Below are positions 13,226 to 25,479 of a stretch of DNA of 64,000 bases, one piece after another. The stretch is from Sphyrna mokarran. Lineage: Eukaryota. The position numbers were made by a program, and so were the translations under genes. Each line of letters opens with the position of its first letter. The stretch's first letter is position 1. Below the pieces are notes generated by a model. It was not told where the DNA came from. It ran no database searches and saw only the letters and a program-made list of their open reading frames with translations. The stretch lies in assembly GCA_024679065.1 (NCBI GenBank), contig JAGIQG010000028.1, positions 16,306,001 to 16,370,000 of the forward strand, given 5' to 3'.

Positions 13226-15674
13226 TAGGAAAAAGGCAAAGTAAAAATGGATGCCACATCTTGTAAAGTCTACATTCTTCAAATATTATTTACTCTGCTT
13301 ACACCATATTACAACTTAGCTGACAAATTATAAGCATATGACTAAAAATAGTGAGATAACACTGCAGGAGGAACAACTACGACCTCCCACTCCTGCATTT
13401 TATTAATACCAAAGGCATCCAACTATTGTAGCAACGTACTCAGACTTGAAACATAATACAAATTCCCCAGATTGCAAATAATTTAGTTTCAGGAGCTATA
13501 ATAACAGATGGATAGGTTTATAGTATGTGGAAAATAAACCCATATTTATACTTAATTCTGTGATTTCCATACATGGTAGGAACACATTCCAGATATGAGA
13601 TAGGAGCCTCTTACTGAGCAGCACCATTTGTCAGGACAAATCTTTCAAATGGGGGTTACTCTCCTTCCCTAACAGCACTATGGATGTACCTACAATCACA
13701 TGGGCTGCACTGGTTCAAGTCAGTAACTCTCCAGCACCTTTGAAGGGCAATTAGGGATAGACAAATGCCTAGCCAGCAATGCCCACATCCCATGGAAGTC
13801 TTTAAAAATATGCTGCTGCTAAATCTACACAATGCCATGATATCACACTTTTGCATGTAGTACCAACTGAAACTCTGTGCTGGTGCTTGAGCAGCAGCCA
13901 TGAAAAAGGTGAAATTAATCTTAATACTTTTCTGGATTGCTACATTGCAAGACAAGGAACATAATCTGTTTTACTGCTCTATTTTAATAATGTCGAAAAT
14001 ATGATCCTTTGATGAACAAACTCTGTCCAATGGATCTGGTGGCATTCCATTTTAATCCAGTTAGATCCCTGTTGGCAAATTCATTGTGCCAGGATTTACC
14101 TCTGCTTTGCAGCCTTCTCTGCCAAACAAAAATTAAGCTGACAACTTGATTTCACTTAGTCTCTGTGAATCCTATACACTCAGTCCATTTTCAATTTGAA
14201 TATTGATAATTATACTAGGCGGATTTAATGCCTCAACCACCAAAGTCCATATGTCCTTTGATTTTCAAGTACACTATGCAGAGAAGGGCAGCAAGTTCAC
14301 TCATGTTTGCTCAATCTTTCTTTTCTGAGGATGACTCAAAAAGTAACAAAACACAATATAAATGACTGTAACAGTACAAGGAAGTAAGGATTACCCTGAA
14401 GCAGATAATTCAGGATATCTTCTTGCATTATTCTGTGGGAAGTCTACCTGCTGTCCCTCAGGAGAGACATTTTCAATTTTTTAAGCAAGTGAAGGTCTAG
14501 CGTATACCTGCTGTCAACCAGCACTTCAGTTGCTTCAGCAGTCCAGCTTTTGAAGTGTTGGGACTTCCACAACAGGAAGGGAGACTTGCTTGGAGGAATC
14601 AAGTTTAACATAGAACATTACAGCTCAGTACAGACACTTCGGCCCTTGATGTTGCACCGACCAATCTAATGACCCTCTAACATAAACTATTCCAATATTA
14701 TCCATATGCCTATCCACTAACTATTTGACTTACATAGAACTGAGTGTTGGTAACGTCTTAGATGTTTTCGATGCTAATAAACCTTTCACACCTACAACTG
14801 TGAAAGGATCCAATGAGTTTTCAGCTGCATCCAACTTGACATAGCAGCATTTCTTAGGCTTGCATTGTGCTTGCCCGCCTTGTTCCAATTAGTACATCAA
14901 ATCTGTGCAGCTGTTCCTGTCAGGACATTTCCTGAGCTGAATGCAAATTTTAAAGTTGTGATATTATATTACAAGACAAGTATTTTGTAAAGGATCATGA
15001 ACAGATCCTAGGTGAATCATTCCATATTGCGCAATCATCAAAGCCTTCACTAAGTACTAGGGCACAAATGCTGACTCAATTATGGAGGCACTTGGACTTC
15101 TTGAAACAGGCAATATGTACCATGAGTTAATGCAAAAAGCACGTATTATACAGTCATAATAGAGTTCAGGCAGATGCTTCATGCTGCAGGTAAAATTTAA
15201 ATTTTGCCCATTTTACTTGCAATCTTTAAACAGCATATCATGGTGATGAAAGAGCCTCCTACCACATTGACAGACAATTATGATTGCACTGATTGAAGTG
15301 TAGTACAATTTGGTGTTACCCCCAAATAACTAAAATGACGTGCTTTTTCTTCTGTTTGGTCATGCTAAAAAATAGCTTAATATATCTGTTAAAGGTTATT
15401 GGTGGCTTTTGAAAAAACAAAAAGAATCTGACAAGGCAGGACAAGTTAACAGAATGTGTGATCGTCTGCCTGGTTAACTGATCCTGTTGAAATACTTAAG
15501 CCTTCATGCCAAATTTCTGGCAGGAAGAGGTCTAAAGCAAGGCACAAGGAGCTCTGGGGAAAATGAACTGCTATAATGACACAGATCCTAGGGCTTTTTA
15601 GGATACAGAAGCTTGAGACTATGTAGCATTTTTTATAAATGCACCCAGAATCAATTAAAAAACTGTAAAAAGGC

Positions 15675-16075
15675 AGACTTGCATTTATGTATCTTCTTTC
15701 AAAACCTCAAAGCACGCAAAACACTCTATAGCCAATGAAACATATTCTTGAAGTATAGTCACTCTTGTAACATAGTGAATGCTGCACCCAATTTGCACAC
15801 TGCCAGCTGCCATCGTGAGATAATGACCAGATAATCTCAATGATTGAGGAATAAATATTAGCCAGAACACTAGGAATAACAATCCAGCTCTTTTAAACAA
15901 TGCAGTAGTATTTTTTATGAGGACACAGCCTTGGTTTAACATCTTGTCCAAAAGATGATACTTCTGTCACGTACTGGAGTGTCAGCCTCGACATTTGTGC
16001 TTAGACTGTGCCAGAAAGTTGTTAAATTCAAGTCCCACTCCAGAGGTGAGAGTGCTCCCAACTGAGCCACAGCTG
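15675..16075 (-). mobile_element. Deu-domain SINE (DeuSINE/SacSINE1-like)
   Basis: Reverse complement has tRNA head cagctgtggctcagttgg, central gtatcatcttttggacaagatgttaaaccaaggc...gtgttctggctaatatttattcctca resembling the Deu domain, and tail ataaatgcaagtct. Confidence 0.7.
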
Positions 16076-18279
16076 CTACATGTTTTTGGTGATAATAATG
16101 TTATATATACACCACAAAGTGGAGAGGATACAAAATGGAAAATGCTAATTGTCTTTTCTAACTTTGTATGACACTCCTATATTTTCTCCTCTGGACTCAT
16201 TGGCCCATGAGTCTCCAGTTGAGTTCGGATTTAATATTCAATTTCTATTTCAGAGATTTTTAAAGTCAATGCATGATCAGAGGAACCACAGTTCTTGGAA
16301 GTCTCCATTTACAGATCATTACTGGTCTAGGAGCAAATCCTGAAATAAACCAAAAACCCATGTCCCACTTCCCTTCCTGCAAATCAACCAAATCCATTGC
16401 TCATTATCATTTAGCAGCTAAATGATTCCCGCCACCTTCTCTCAACTAAGTGAATTAACTTCAAAATCCTTCCTTTTGCCTTCAAACTGATGGCCTTGCT
16501 CCATCCTTCTTTCAACCATGCACCATACCTCTGATATTTGCCATATTCCCCCACACCTACCATATACTCTCAAATTTTTTTGAGCCAAATCCTTTGGCAT
16601 TCCCTCTCATCCCAATTTAAGACGTCTCCTTAGAACTGACTTTAAACATGTCTTTGGCAACCTTGCTCTAACCATTTTCATTGTGCTGCTCACTTTCTAT
16701 CCAGTTTCCTCTGTAAAGTGCCTTGGGATGTTTCATCATGTCAGGGATGCTGTATCGATAGAACTGGCTAGAAATACATGTTTCCAATAGGACAAACCAG
16801 TATCATCTTACACTTTGACACAATAGTGCGCTGAATACAAATTGGGCCTGAAATCTAAAGACACTTAAAATGTTCAGTACAACCACTGTGCAAAAAAAAT
16901 GCAGATTAGATGGGATATTTCTCACTGCGGTTTGTTATACTTCAAATCAGAAACTCCAAAATGTCTTATGCAGTCCATCTGAATCATGAGTTTTGCAAAT
17001 TGAATTTGGCTAGGGTAAACATGAGATATTTCACTTCAAGTACGATTCAAATGATCCACTAGGGAGCTTCCATCAAACAAAATTTATTTAAGAATCCTGT
17101 TAATATCTTTTTACCTATTACAAACAAGAAAAAAAACAACCATGATATTGCATAACCTTTGACAAAGGTATGAAATATTCCAACCAAACAAACCTCCTTA
17201 AAACATACCCTTGCCTCAGATTTAGAACAGAAAATATGAAGTTCATATGATGCTGGAACTTAGTCCTTTGGTTGGAGAATTGAAACCGACTTCCCAGCCT
17301 CGTAACTTCCAGCAGCCCTCCAGGGAGAGATAATGCCACTGCTGGCCTCTAGCTTTCAATCAGCAAACCACTGCAAGAGACAAAATTCTCATTCTAGGAA
17401 GGCAAAAAGATCTGTTTCTGCCAGCCAGTAGAATCTATAATACCAAGGAGAGAGAGAGAACAAAACCTGCTGCAACTTTATAACCAGGACAGCTTCTGAC
17501 ACTGAACCAAAACTACACGTGAATTCTTGGATTCTTCTGGGGAGGAATCATCTGACTTTGACTTGTCAATCAATCTTCTCCATAACAATTAAAAAGATTG
17601 TAAAATCCTGGACACTGCATGAAGTCCAGAGCAAAAATAAACAAAACTTCATGTAAATAATTGAAGCAGCAATAAAAAGGACTGCTAAGTAGGCAGCTGG
17701 TGCCACAATGAACCCAACAGGCCTACCTACAAACTGCAGAGAACATGATTTTTAAAGATGTCTTAAAGGCACATGAGCTTCATAAATTCAACTGAGGATC
17801 AAAGGCCCAACTTTTGGCATTTCTGTAATCACTGCATGTTTCAGTTCTCTTTACCTGTGTAGAGTCCACACCATTTCTTTGCTTGTTACTGGTTCAGGCA
17901 TGATTCAAACGTACTCCTAGACAATGATAGGTCTTAATATTTTAGTAGCTATACTTTCATACCAAATGAAAAAGCATGAGAAAATCAGAACTAGCTTTCA
18001 TAAAAATAAGATAGTCATTAATAAATCCAACATGAAATTCAGGAAAAACATCTTTACTAAGAGAGTAGTCAGAATGTGGAATTCACAATCAGATTGAGTA
18101 GCTGTGAGCAGCAGAGGTTTGATAAATACAAGGAGGAAAAAGAAATAGAATATGCTTGATTATAGTTAGATAACCAAGCAGAAGATTCTTCTGCAGCATT
18201 AAAAAACAACAGGCAAGTTGGACTGAATGACTGTTTCTATTTCTTTAAATTTATTCAAACAAACATAGGGCTGAAGAGC

Positions 18280-18850
18280 AAAAGTATTTCATTCAAACCT
18301 ACTCTACCATTCGATAAGATCACAGCTGATCTGGTTGTGACCTCAATTCTATTTTACCATCTACTCCCTCTCACCCATACCCCTTATCTATCATTGAATT
18401 TATTCAAAGGTAATTTGATGACTCAGCCTCCAGTGCTTTCTGGAAAAGAGAATGCCCTATACTAACGGCTCTTCAAGTTATCCTCATCCTGATCTTAAAT
18501 GGAAGACGACTTGTTTTTAAACTATGCCCCTAGTTCTAGTCATTCCCACAAGAGGAAATATACTCTAAGCATCCTTTCCCTATCAAGTTCTTATATTTCA
18601 GTAAGATCATTTCTCATTTTTCCAAATTCTGGTGAGTATATGCTCAATCTGTTTAACCTTTCCTCATAAGATAAGCTCTCCACCCCAGGGATAAGTTGAG
18701 CATACCTTCTTTGAACTTCTTCGAACAGCATTTACATTCTTTTTCATATAAGATCACAACTGTATACAGTACTCCAGATGTGGTCCCACCAATGATCTAT
18801 ACAGCTGCTACAAAACTTCCCTACTTTTATATTCTGCTTCCTGTGCAATA
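18280..18850 (-). mobile_element. Old CR1 LINE 3' fragment
   Basis: Reverse strand contains VGPHLEYCIQLW.Y-type motif (gtgggaccacatctggagtactgtatacagttgtg) and CR1 3' sequence. Confidence 0.7.
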
Positions 18851-18859
18851 ATTTGGAAT

Positions 18860-19280
18860 GTGGGGTTTTGTTGCTCTAATTTATCCTGAGAAAACAATGA
18901 CTAGCTGACTTTCTAAACCACTGCTGTCCATGTGATGTAGATGCATTCATAGCGCTGTTAAGGAGGGATGCCAGAAATTTAACCTAGTGACCATAAATGA
19001 CAGACAATAAATATATTGTCCACATGAAGACTGTGACAGACATGGAGGAAAATTGAAGGTAGTGGTGATCCCCTTATCCGTCGAGGCAGTTGAAGCTGCA
19101 GGTTTGGAACGTACTGCTGAAGAAGTCTCGCTGAGTTGTTGCAGTGCATCTTGCAGCTGGTACACACTGTAGCCATGATGCAATGGTGAAGGAAGGTGGT
19201 GGCCAAGGTGGCAGTCAAGCAGGCTTTTTTGTCTTGAACATTCACAATTTGTGAACTGATTGTCCATCATCCTCCAGCTG
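18860..19280 (-). mobile_element. 3' fragment of the second LINE family
   Basis: QDKKACL...LHH...VCT..KMHC.NS.RLLQQY.PN (ORF 18979-19245), homologous to 23320-23620 and 31960-32290. Confidence 0.7.
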
Positions 19281-19802
19281 CTCTTTCACTTGTACATTAG
19301 GTAAAGAAGTTGATGCCTGGCTAAGATACTATATCAAAAACCGCCGTCAATATTTATATAACCTTACATACAAAAGGCCTTGAGCTTACAGATCAGAGAA
19401 CACATTTATGCCACATACTGACAACTGAGGTATGGAGAAGTTATTAAGAGTGGTTAAGACACACAGCTTCAAAGGAGTCAGTTTTCAGAATCCAAGCACA
19501 GCACAGCAAAGGATTCAACTACAAAGGAAACCTAAATAGAGGCCCCAGTGAGACAGAAGAAAACACCACAATTTATCAGTCAAGGTTTTACCCATGCAGT
19601 TGTGTGTGAGCGATTCCTATCAACTACTTGGCAGCTAAATACTGTTACACTTGATTAGTGAGCCATTTAATATGGCAAACAGACATTCAGTTATAAACCT
19701 AACTTGTCATAGACCAATATCCATCCATTCCATAGACCCTAAAACTCAGTTTAGTCTTAGTTTGAGCAGAAATTTTTAAATCAGCATCAACATAAATGTA
19801 AT

Positions 19803-19939
19803 GAAGTAGAGATGCCGGTGTTGGACTAGGGTAAGCACAGGAAGAAGTCTCACAACACCAGGTTAAAGCCAAATGCGTTTATTTGGAATCACAAATTCCA
19901 AATAAACCTGTTGGGCTTTATGGTGTTGAGATTTCTTAC
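19803..19939. repeat. Imperfect palindromic element, probable Penelope-like terminal remnant
   Basis: aagaagtctcacaacacca...gtttatttggaat pairs with attccaaataaac...tggtgttgagatttctt. One arm recurs at about 50712-50790. Confidence 0.6.
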
Positions 19940-20569
19940 AAATATAGTGGTGGAATTTTCCCTCTGGAGTATGCCAAGAAGTCTGAACAATGGATGACAT
20001 TACCACATCAGTAAGTAAAGAAAATAATATTCAATTCTGCCTTTGCAATGATCAAAGTTACAACCTGAACAGTTTTGGGTTAATATTGTTAAATAGCTCT
20101 TTCCAAAAATCTTTCATGAATACACCATTTTTTACCTCCTTCAGTGATAATTAGGCAATCTTAGGTAGAACACAGGCTCAACATCCACTGCAGCAGTGAG
20201 ATATTTCAACTTATTGCACTAGAAATCCTTGAGGCACTAGTTAAGATTACCAATACATTACCATTTGTGTGAAATTGTGCAGAATAGAAATGATGAAGGC
20301 TATCCCAAACTTACCCCTCAGAAGATTTAGAACTGACAGGAAACATTCATCTCATTGGAATGGATGGGATTTGAATAAAAGTTACAGCAAAGGAAGGCTA
20401 CTTCCCAGGTTTTCTTTAATAATCATGTATAATTAATCCTACTTTCTTTAATCCTACTCTAACTCCCTTAAATCGCCATCACAAAATCAGATTAGTTGAT
20501 CATTAACACATTGCCGTTTGTGGGAGTTCACAGCATGCAAATTTTCTACCATCTACCTATCATAAGCAC

Positions 20570-21990
20570 ATTTTTTCTTCTTCATCTTTATTTTTATCTC
20601 CTTTGTCATTCAGGGTACTTTGGATTTGTTTGCCCTAGCTTTTTCTTTTGAAGGAATATACCTCAACTGCATAAATCATCTCTTCTGTGAAGGTAGCTCA
20701 TTGAACAGCATAGTTATTCCTGCCAACCTTTTGACACAAATTTATTTAGCTCAGATCCATTCTTGTTCTAGAAGTTGGCTTTCCCCTGTTAATTTTTCTC
20801 ACTCTAGATGGTTCTGTATCCTTTTCCATAGTCAGCCTAAACTTTATGACACATTACAGTCCCTTAAAATGTTTTCCTACTGACACTTCACTAAGATGGC
20901 CAAGTTCATTTCCAACAACGAGATCCAGTGTGCCTCCTTCCTCACCAAATTGAAAACATACTGAAGAAAATTTTCCTGAATGCACTCTTAGAACTCTTGC
21001 CCTCTCTCTGTTCTTCACACTACTAGTATTGTAATGATAGCAATGCAATTGATATAAGTTTATGTTTAAGGGGAATATTTAAAAATTCAGCTTTATTCTA
21101 CAGGCAGTCAGTATGTCTGGAGGGAATGCAGCTTGGATTTTGGGACAGAAAGACAATTACTCATTTCAGCCTTGCAAGTATTTATTTTAAGTAAAGCGAA
21201 CCAACTTCTGCTTATTCAAGTTCCCCTGGAATTCCTGATAAGTGATTGGCAGGCTCATGTGATGATGTGGCTAGTTGCAGCTGAAATCTGGTTAAAGTTC
21301 GAAGGATTTTATAGGTTTCTGGGACTCTATCAATCATTCTCTGAAAACAAGTATGTCTGGGTTTGCTAACTATTTATTTAAAAGTGGATTTAATTTATGC
21401 ATGATTATGATTTATTTGGAACTGGGACAGTCATAAGCTAGCAAAAAAGTTGTTTCTTTTCATTTTTAAATATTGTTCAACTGATAATGGTTAAGCTGAT
21501 TTATTTGTTAGGGTTATATTTAAACTGCTATTAAATAAAGTTTGTTTTATTCTAAAAGACCCCTACGCTGTCAATAGAATCACTCGGAGTAAAACATCCT
21601 ACCCTCACATATATGCCAAATATTGAAATTGCTGGGGGTTTGGTCTGGTTTCCTAATATAACTTGGGATTCTGGCCCAATGCCCTAACATATCCCAGTCT
21701 ACATTTAGATAGTTAACATCCCCATTATAACCACTGTATCATTTTTGCTAATTATTTCCTTCCTCCATATCTTTTCCACTAGTTGGTGGCCTACAGTCCA
21801 CACCAAACAGTGTAATTGCACCTTCATTCTAACCAAATCAATTGTCCTTGACCTCCAGAGGACATCTATCTCCAGCACCGCACTGCTTTCCCTAATCAAT
21901 ACCACTTTCCCACCTTCATTTCTTTCATTCCTATTTTTCCTGCATATCTTGTATCCAGGGACTCCGGTTTTTAAATCCAAGACAACTCAA
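20570..21990 (-). mobile_element. Old CR1 endonuclease region interrupted by a solo LTR
   Basis: GYKICRKNR...GGKVVLI...VVIMG (ORF 21705-21980) continues beyond the insert as TLDLVVGNELGHLSEVSVGKH (ORF 20854-21048). Confidence 0.7.
21030..21689 (+). mobile_element. Probable solo LTR (about 660 bp)
   Basis: Starts TGTAA, ends TAACA, has an internal AATAAA near 21534, is flanked by TAT on both sides, and interrupts an otherwise colinear CR1 endonuclease sequence. Confidence 0.6.
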
Positions 21991-22039
21991 TTCTGTTTCT
22001 GTTAATTTATTTGAATTTAAGATTTCAAACAGGGTACTT

Positions 22040-24066
22040 TTGAGCAATTGAACCAATGGTCAAGAACATCCTTGGCTGTGGTGTTAAAGACTTCTGCTCC
22101 AGAACAAACTGCTCTTGTCAAGTAGTACCCAAACAGTGACAATACAGGCATCTAACCTACAAAGTGGAAAATTGTCCAGATATGTTCTGTCCACAAAAAG
22201 GAGAAATCCAACCCAAGCAATTGTCAACCTATTAGTCTTTACTCAAATTATAAGCAAAATGGTGAGAAGAGTCGTTGACACTGTTGTCGATGATTATTCA
22301 CTAATATGTTGCTCACAATTCTCAGTTTAGGTTCTACTCAGAGCAGTTGGTGCCAGGCCTCCTAACAGTATTAATCGAATCATGCAGAAGCAAGCTGAAT
22401 TCTAGAGATGAATGGAGTAATTGCCATCAAATAACAAAGTGGCATTTTATAGATAATGGAAACAAGAAACCATAATAAACCTGAAATCAGTGGGAACGAG
22501 ACGGGGGAAACTATTCACTAGCTGGAGTTATTCCTAGCTCACAGGAAGATGATTGTGATTTCTACAGGCCTATCAATTGAGTCTCAGAACATTATTGCAC
22601 AAGGTCCACAAGGCAATATCCTTGGCCAAATAATTTGAACTGCTTCATCAATGAGATTCACTGCACCAAAAGGTCAGAAGTGCAGATGTTTTCTGAAGCT
22701 TGAACAGTGCTCATTTCTATTTTCAACTCCTTGGATAATGAAGCAATTGTACATATTTGTAAAACCTGCACAACGTTTGGACTTGAGTTGATCAATGGCA
22801 TGTCACACAAGTTCCAGGAAATGACTGTCTCCTCAAGAGCAAATCCAATTACCTCCCCTTGACATTCAACTGCAATTACCATCACTGAAACCCAACATTA
22901 ACATCCTGCGGGTTTTCTAATGACCAGCTATTTAAATATTGTAGCTACTAAAGGTCAGAGACTGGGTATTATGCAACAAGTGATTCAAACATTTACAAGG
23001 TACAAGACAAAAGTAATTAGCCATAGTTTTTGAAGGGCCATACGCATCTCTTTCCTATTGGTTATATAAAGCTCAAGGGGCACCACTCCACAAGTATGTG
23101 ACAAGGCAAGGAGGCAGACATTCATGATCTACCACAGCCAGTCCAGGGATTGAGCCCAAGCCACAGACATTATTCTGCTTCATACTCTAGCCATTTGGCC
23201 AATTGAGTTAAGCAAACCCCACTGTTTCTTAGCCTCCACAAGTCAAGAGGAAGATGAAATATTATCCATTTGCCTGAATGATTGTAGTTCCAACAGCACT
23301 CAGACGTTCAACATCATTCAGGACAAAGCACCCCACTTGAGTGACACCTCATTCACCATCTGAAACATTTACTTCTCTTCCAATGGTACACCATGTCTGC
23401 AGTGAGTGCCATCTGAAAGATGCATTGCAACAACTCCCTTTGACAGCATTTCTCAAATCTGTACCTCTGCCATCTAAAAGGACCGGGACAGCAGGTACAA
23501 GGGAACATCACCACCTCCAAGTTCCCTTCCAAATTTTTCATACCATTCAGATTTGGAAGTATATTGCCACTCCTTTGTGGAAAAATTTACCTAACAGGAA
23601 GCACCTTCACCACACAGATCCAGCTGTTTAAGAAGGCACAGTGGTAGAATGGTGAGCACTGCTGCTTCATAGTACTAAGGAGCTAGGTTCAATTCTGGTC
23701 TTGGGTGACCATGTGGAGTTTGCACATTCTTCCCGTGTCTACATGGGCTTTCTCCAGGTGCTCTAGCTTTCTTCCACAGTTCAAAGATTTATGGATTAGG
23801 TGGATTGGCCATGCTAAATTGCCATTTAGTGTCTCAAAATGTGTAGCTTGATGGATTAGACAGGGTAAATATGTGGACTTACAGGGACAGAGTGGTGTGG
23901 TGGGCTCTGTTCGAGAGTCAGTGAAGATTTGATGGGCTCAATGGCCTCCTTCTACACTGAAGGCATTCTATGGTTCTATTCTAATGCAGCTTATTAAGGC
24001 CAACTGAGGAAGGGCAATAAATGTTGACCTTATCAATGATGTAAATATCCCATTAATGGATAAAAG
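22040..24066 (+). mobile_element. Degenerate LINE (second CR1/L2-group family), RT through 3' end, with two nested SINEs
   Basis: NPSNCQPISL.SIISKMV, QFRF, GPQGNILG, CFIN motifs and tail gggcaataaatg...atcccattaatg. Interrupted at about 23035-23222 and 23635-23982. Confidence 0.7.
23635..23982 (+). mobile_element. HE1-type V-SINE
   Basis: tRNA head (ggttcaattc), V-domain gtggagtttgcacattcttcccgtgtct...ccaggtgctctagctttcttccacag, and CR1/HER1-like tail gatgggctcaatggcctccttct...ttctatggttcta. Confidence 0.85.
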
Positions 24067-24069
24067 GAG

Positions 24070-24778
24070 AATGGACAAAACTATGGCAAACTGAGCTCAA
24101 GATGGACAAGCAAGAAGTAATCAACTTCAGATTCAAGGAAGATCTACACTGAAGAGGAACAAAGATAGTTAGCAGTTCACAAATCATCGCAAGTAAATAG
24201 GCATAAGAAAAACAAAGATAATTAAGGAATGTTGGCCTTTGTGTAAAAGGGATAGGGAAACAAAGTTTAAGTTGTACAGAGCCTTTGTCAGTTCCCATCT
24301 GGAGTACTACATTTGTTTGGTGCACCTCATCGTGGACAACGGAGAATCACCAGAACGATATCAGAGCTCAGAGGATTAAATTACAAGGGCAGGTTGCATA
24401 AATGTCATTTTCATTTACTTTGAGAATAGACAAGTACAAATGTGACCTGATCCTGGTGTTTAAAATGTTTAAAGGATTTGACTTGATTGACTTGAAGGAA
24501 CAATTTCCTCTGGTGGGGAAATTAAAACAAGGCAACATAACATTATATTCAAGAGCTAGGCTATTCCAGAGTAAATGAGAATTTTTTTTTCCACAGAATG
24601 GCAGCAGAAATCTGAAATTCTTTCCCAAAGGCTATGCCTGCTCTGAAAATTGGAGCTCTTGAGCCCAAAATTTTTGTTAGGTAAAGATATCAAGGGTTAC
24701 GAAGCAAATGAATGTAAATGGAGTTGAGGTACAAATCAACCATGGTCTAATTAAATGGTTGATCTATGGTTCCTTTAT
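24070..24778 (+). mobile_element. Old CR1 3' portion
   Basis: LYRAFVSSHLEYY..VW.P motif and CR1 3' sequence, heavily mutated. Confidence 0.65.
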
Positions 24779-25479
24779 AGCAGCCTTATAAGCAGATCAG
24801 AAAGCCAGAGACACCTCACCCTTTAATCACTCAATTACAATGCGATAAAAAACAATGTTTTTGCAAGCTTTTTTCCAAAATGAAAATACAGACTTCCCAC
24901 TCGTATTTTCATTTTATATAGCATATATCCTAGTCCAACTGGAACCACCACGAAGATCCACCAGTCTTTGTCAATAACTTGAATTCCGTTACGATCAGGC
25001 ACTCAGAACTTTTGTTTTATCGACTCCAAATACCCTATCATGGAGCCGAATTTTTGGTTCTGGCTAGTGAATTGAATCATCTGCAATTTGCATTTCCAGA
25101 TGAAAAAAATTCACAGCTGCTGTGAGCTGGAGTTGTTTCAATGGATGAATTCTGGTAGCAATTTAACTTTGTGTATACAAGTCATAAATTAAAAATACAT
25201 TTATTTATTCCTTTAAAATTACAGACTAATACATCAATAGGATTTTTAGCATTGCAGTCTACAGGTCACCCCTAAGTACATCATACATCTCTGGAACTCT
25301 GATGAATTAATGCCATGGACATCTCCAAAACCCAAAATTGTGGCAATGTCTAAATCAGTCATATGGCTCTCTTGTGATTGTCTTGTTTGTGCTCCATCTA
25401 TGCTCCAGTTAATGCCTCACTCATTCTCAGTTATTGGCTCAGGAACTCTTCACTCTCACTTTGTTCCTTCTTTCTAAAG

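Noticed and set aside
17150-17800. Possible LTR-like segment
   Set aside because: Composition is suggestive, but I could not define TG...CA ends, a TSD or a second copy.
23635-23705. tRNA-like sequences (also near 38940, 47620, 57360, 60460)
   Set aside because: SINE heads attached to V-domain or LINE-derived tails. No complete cloverleaf.
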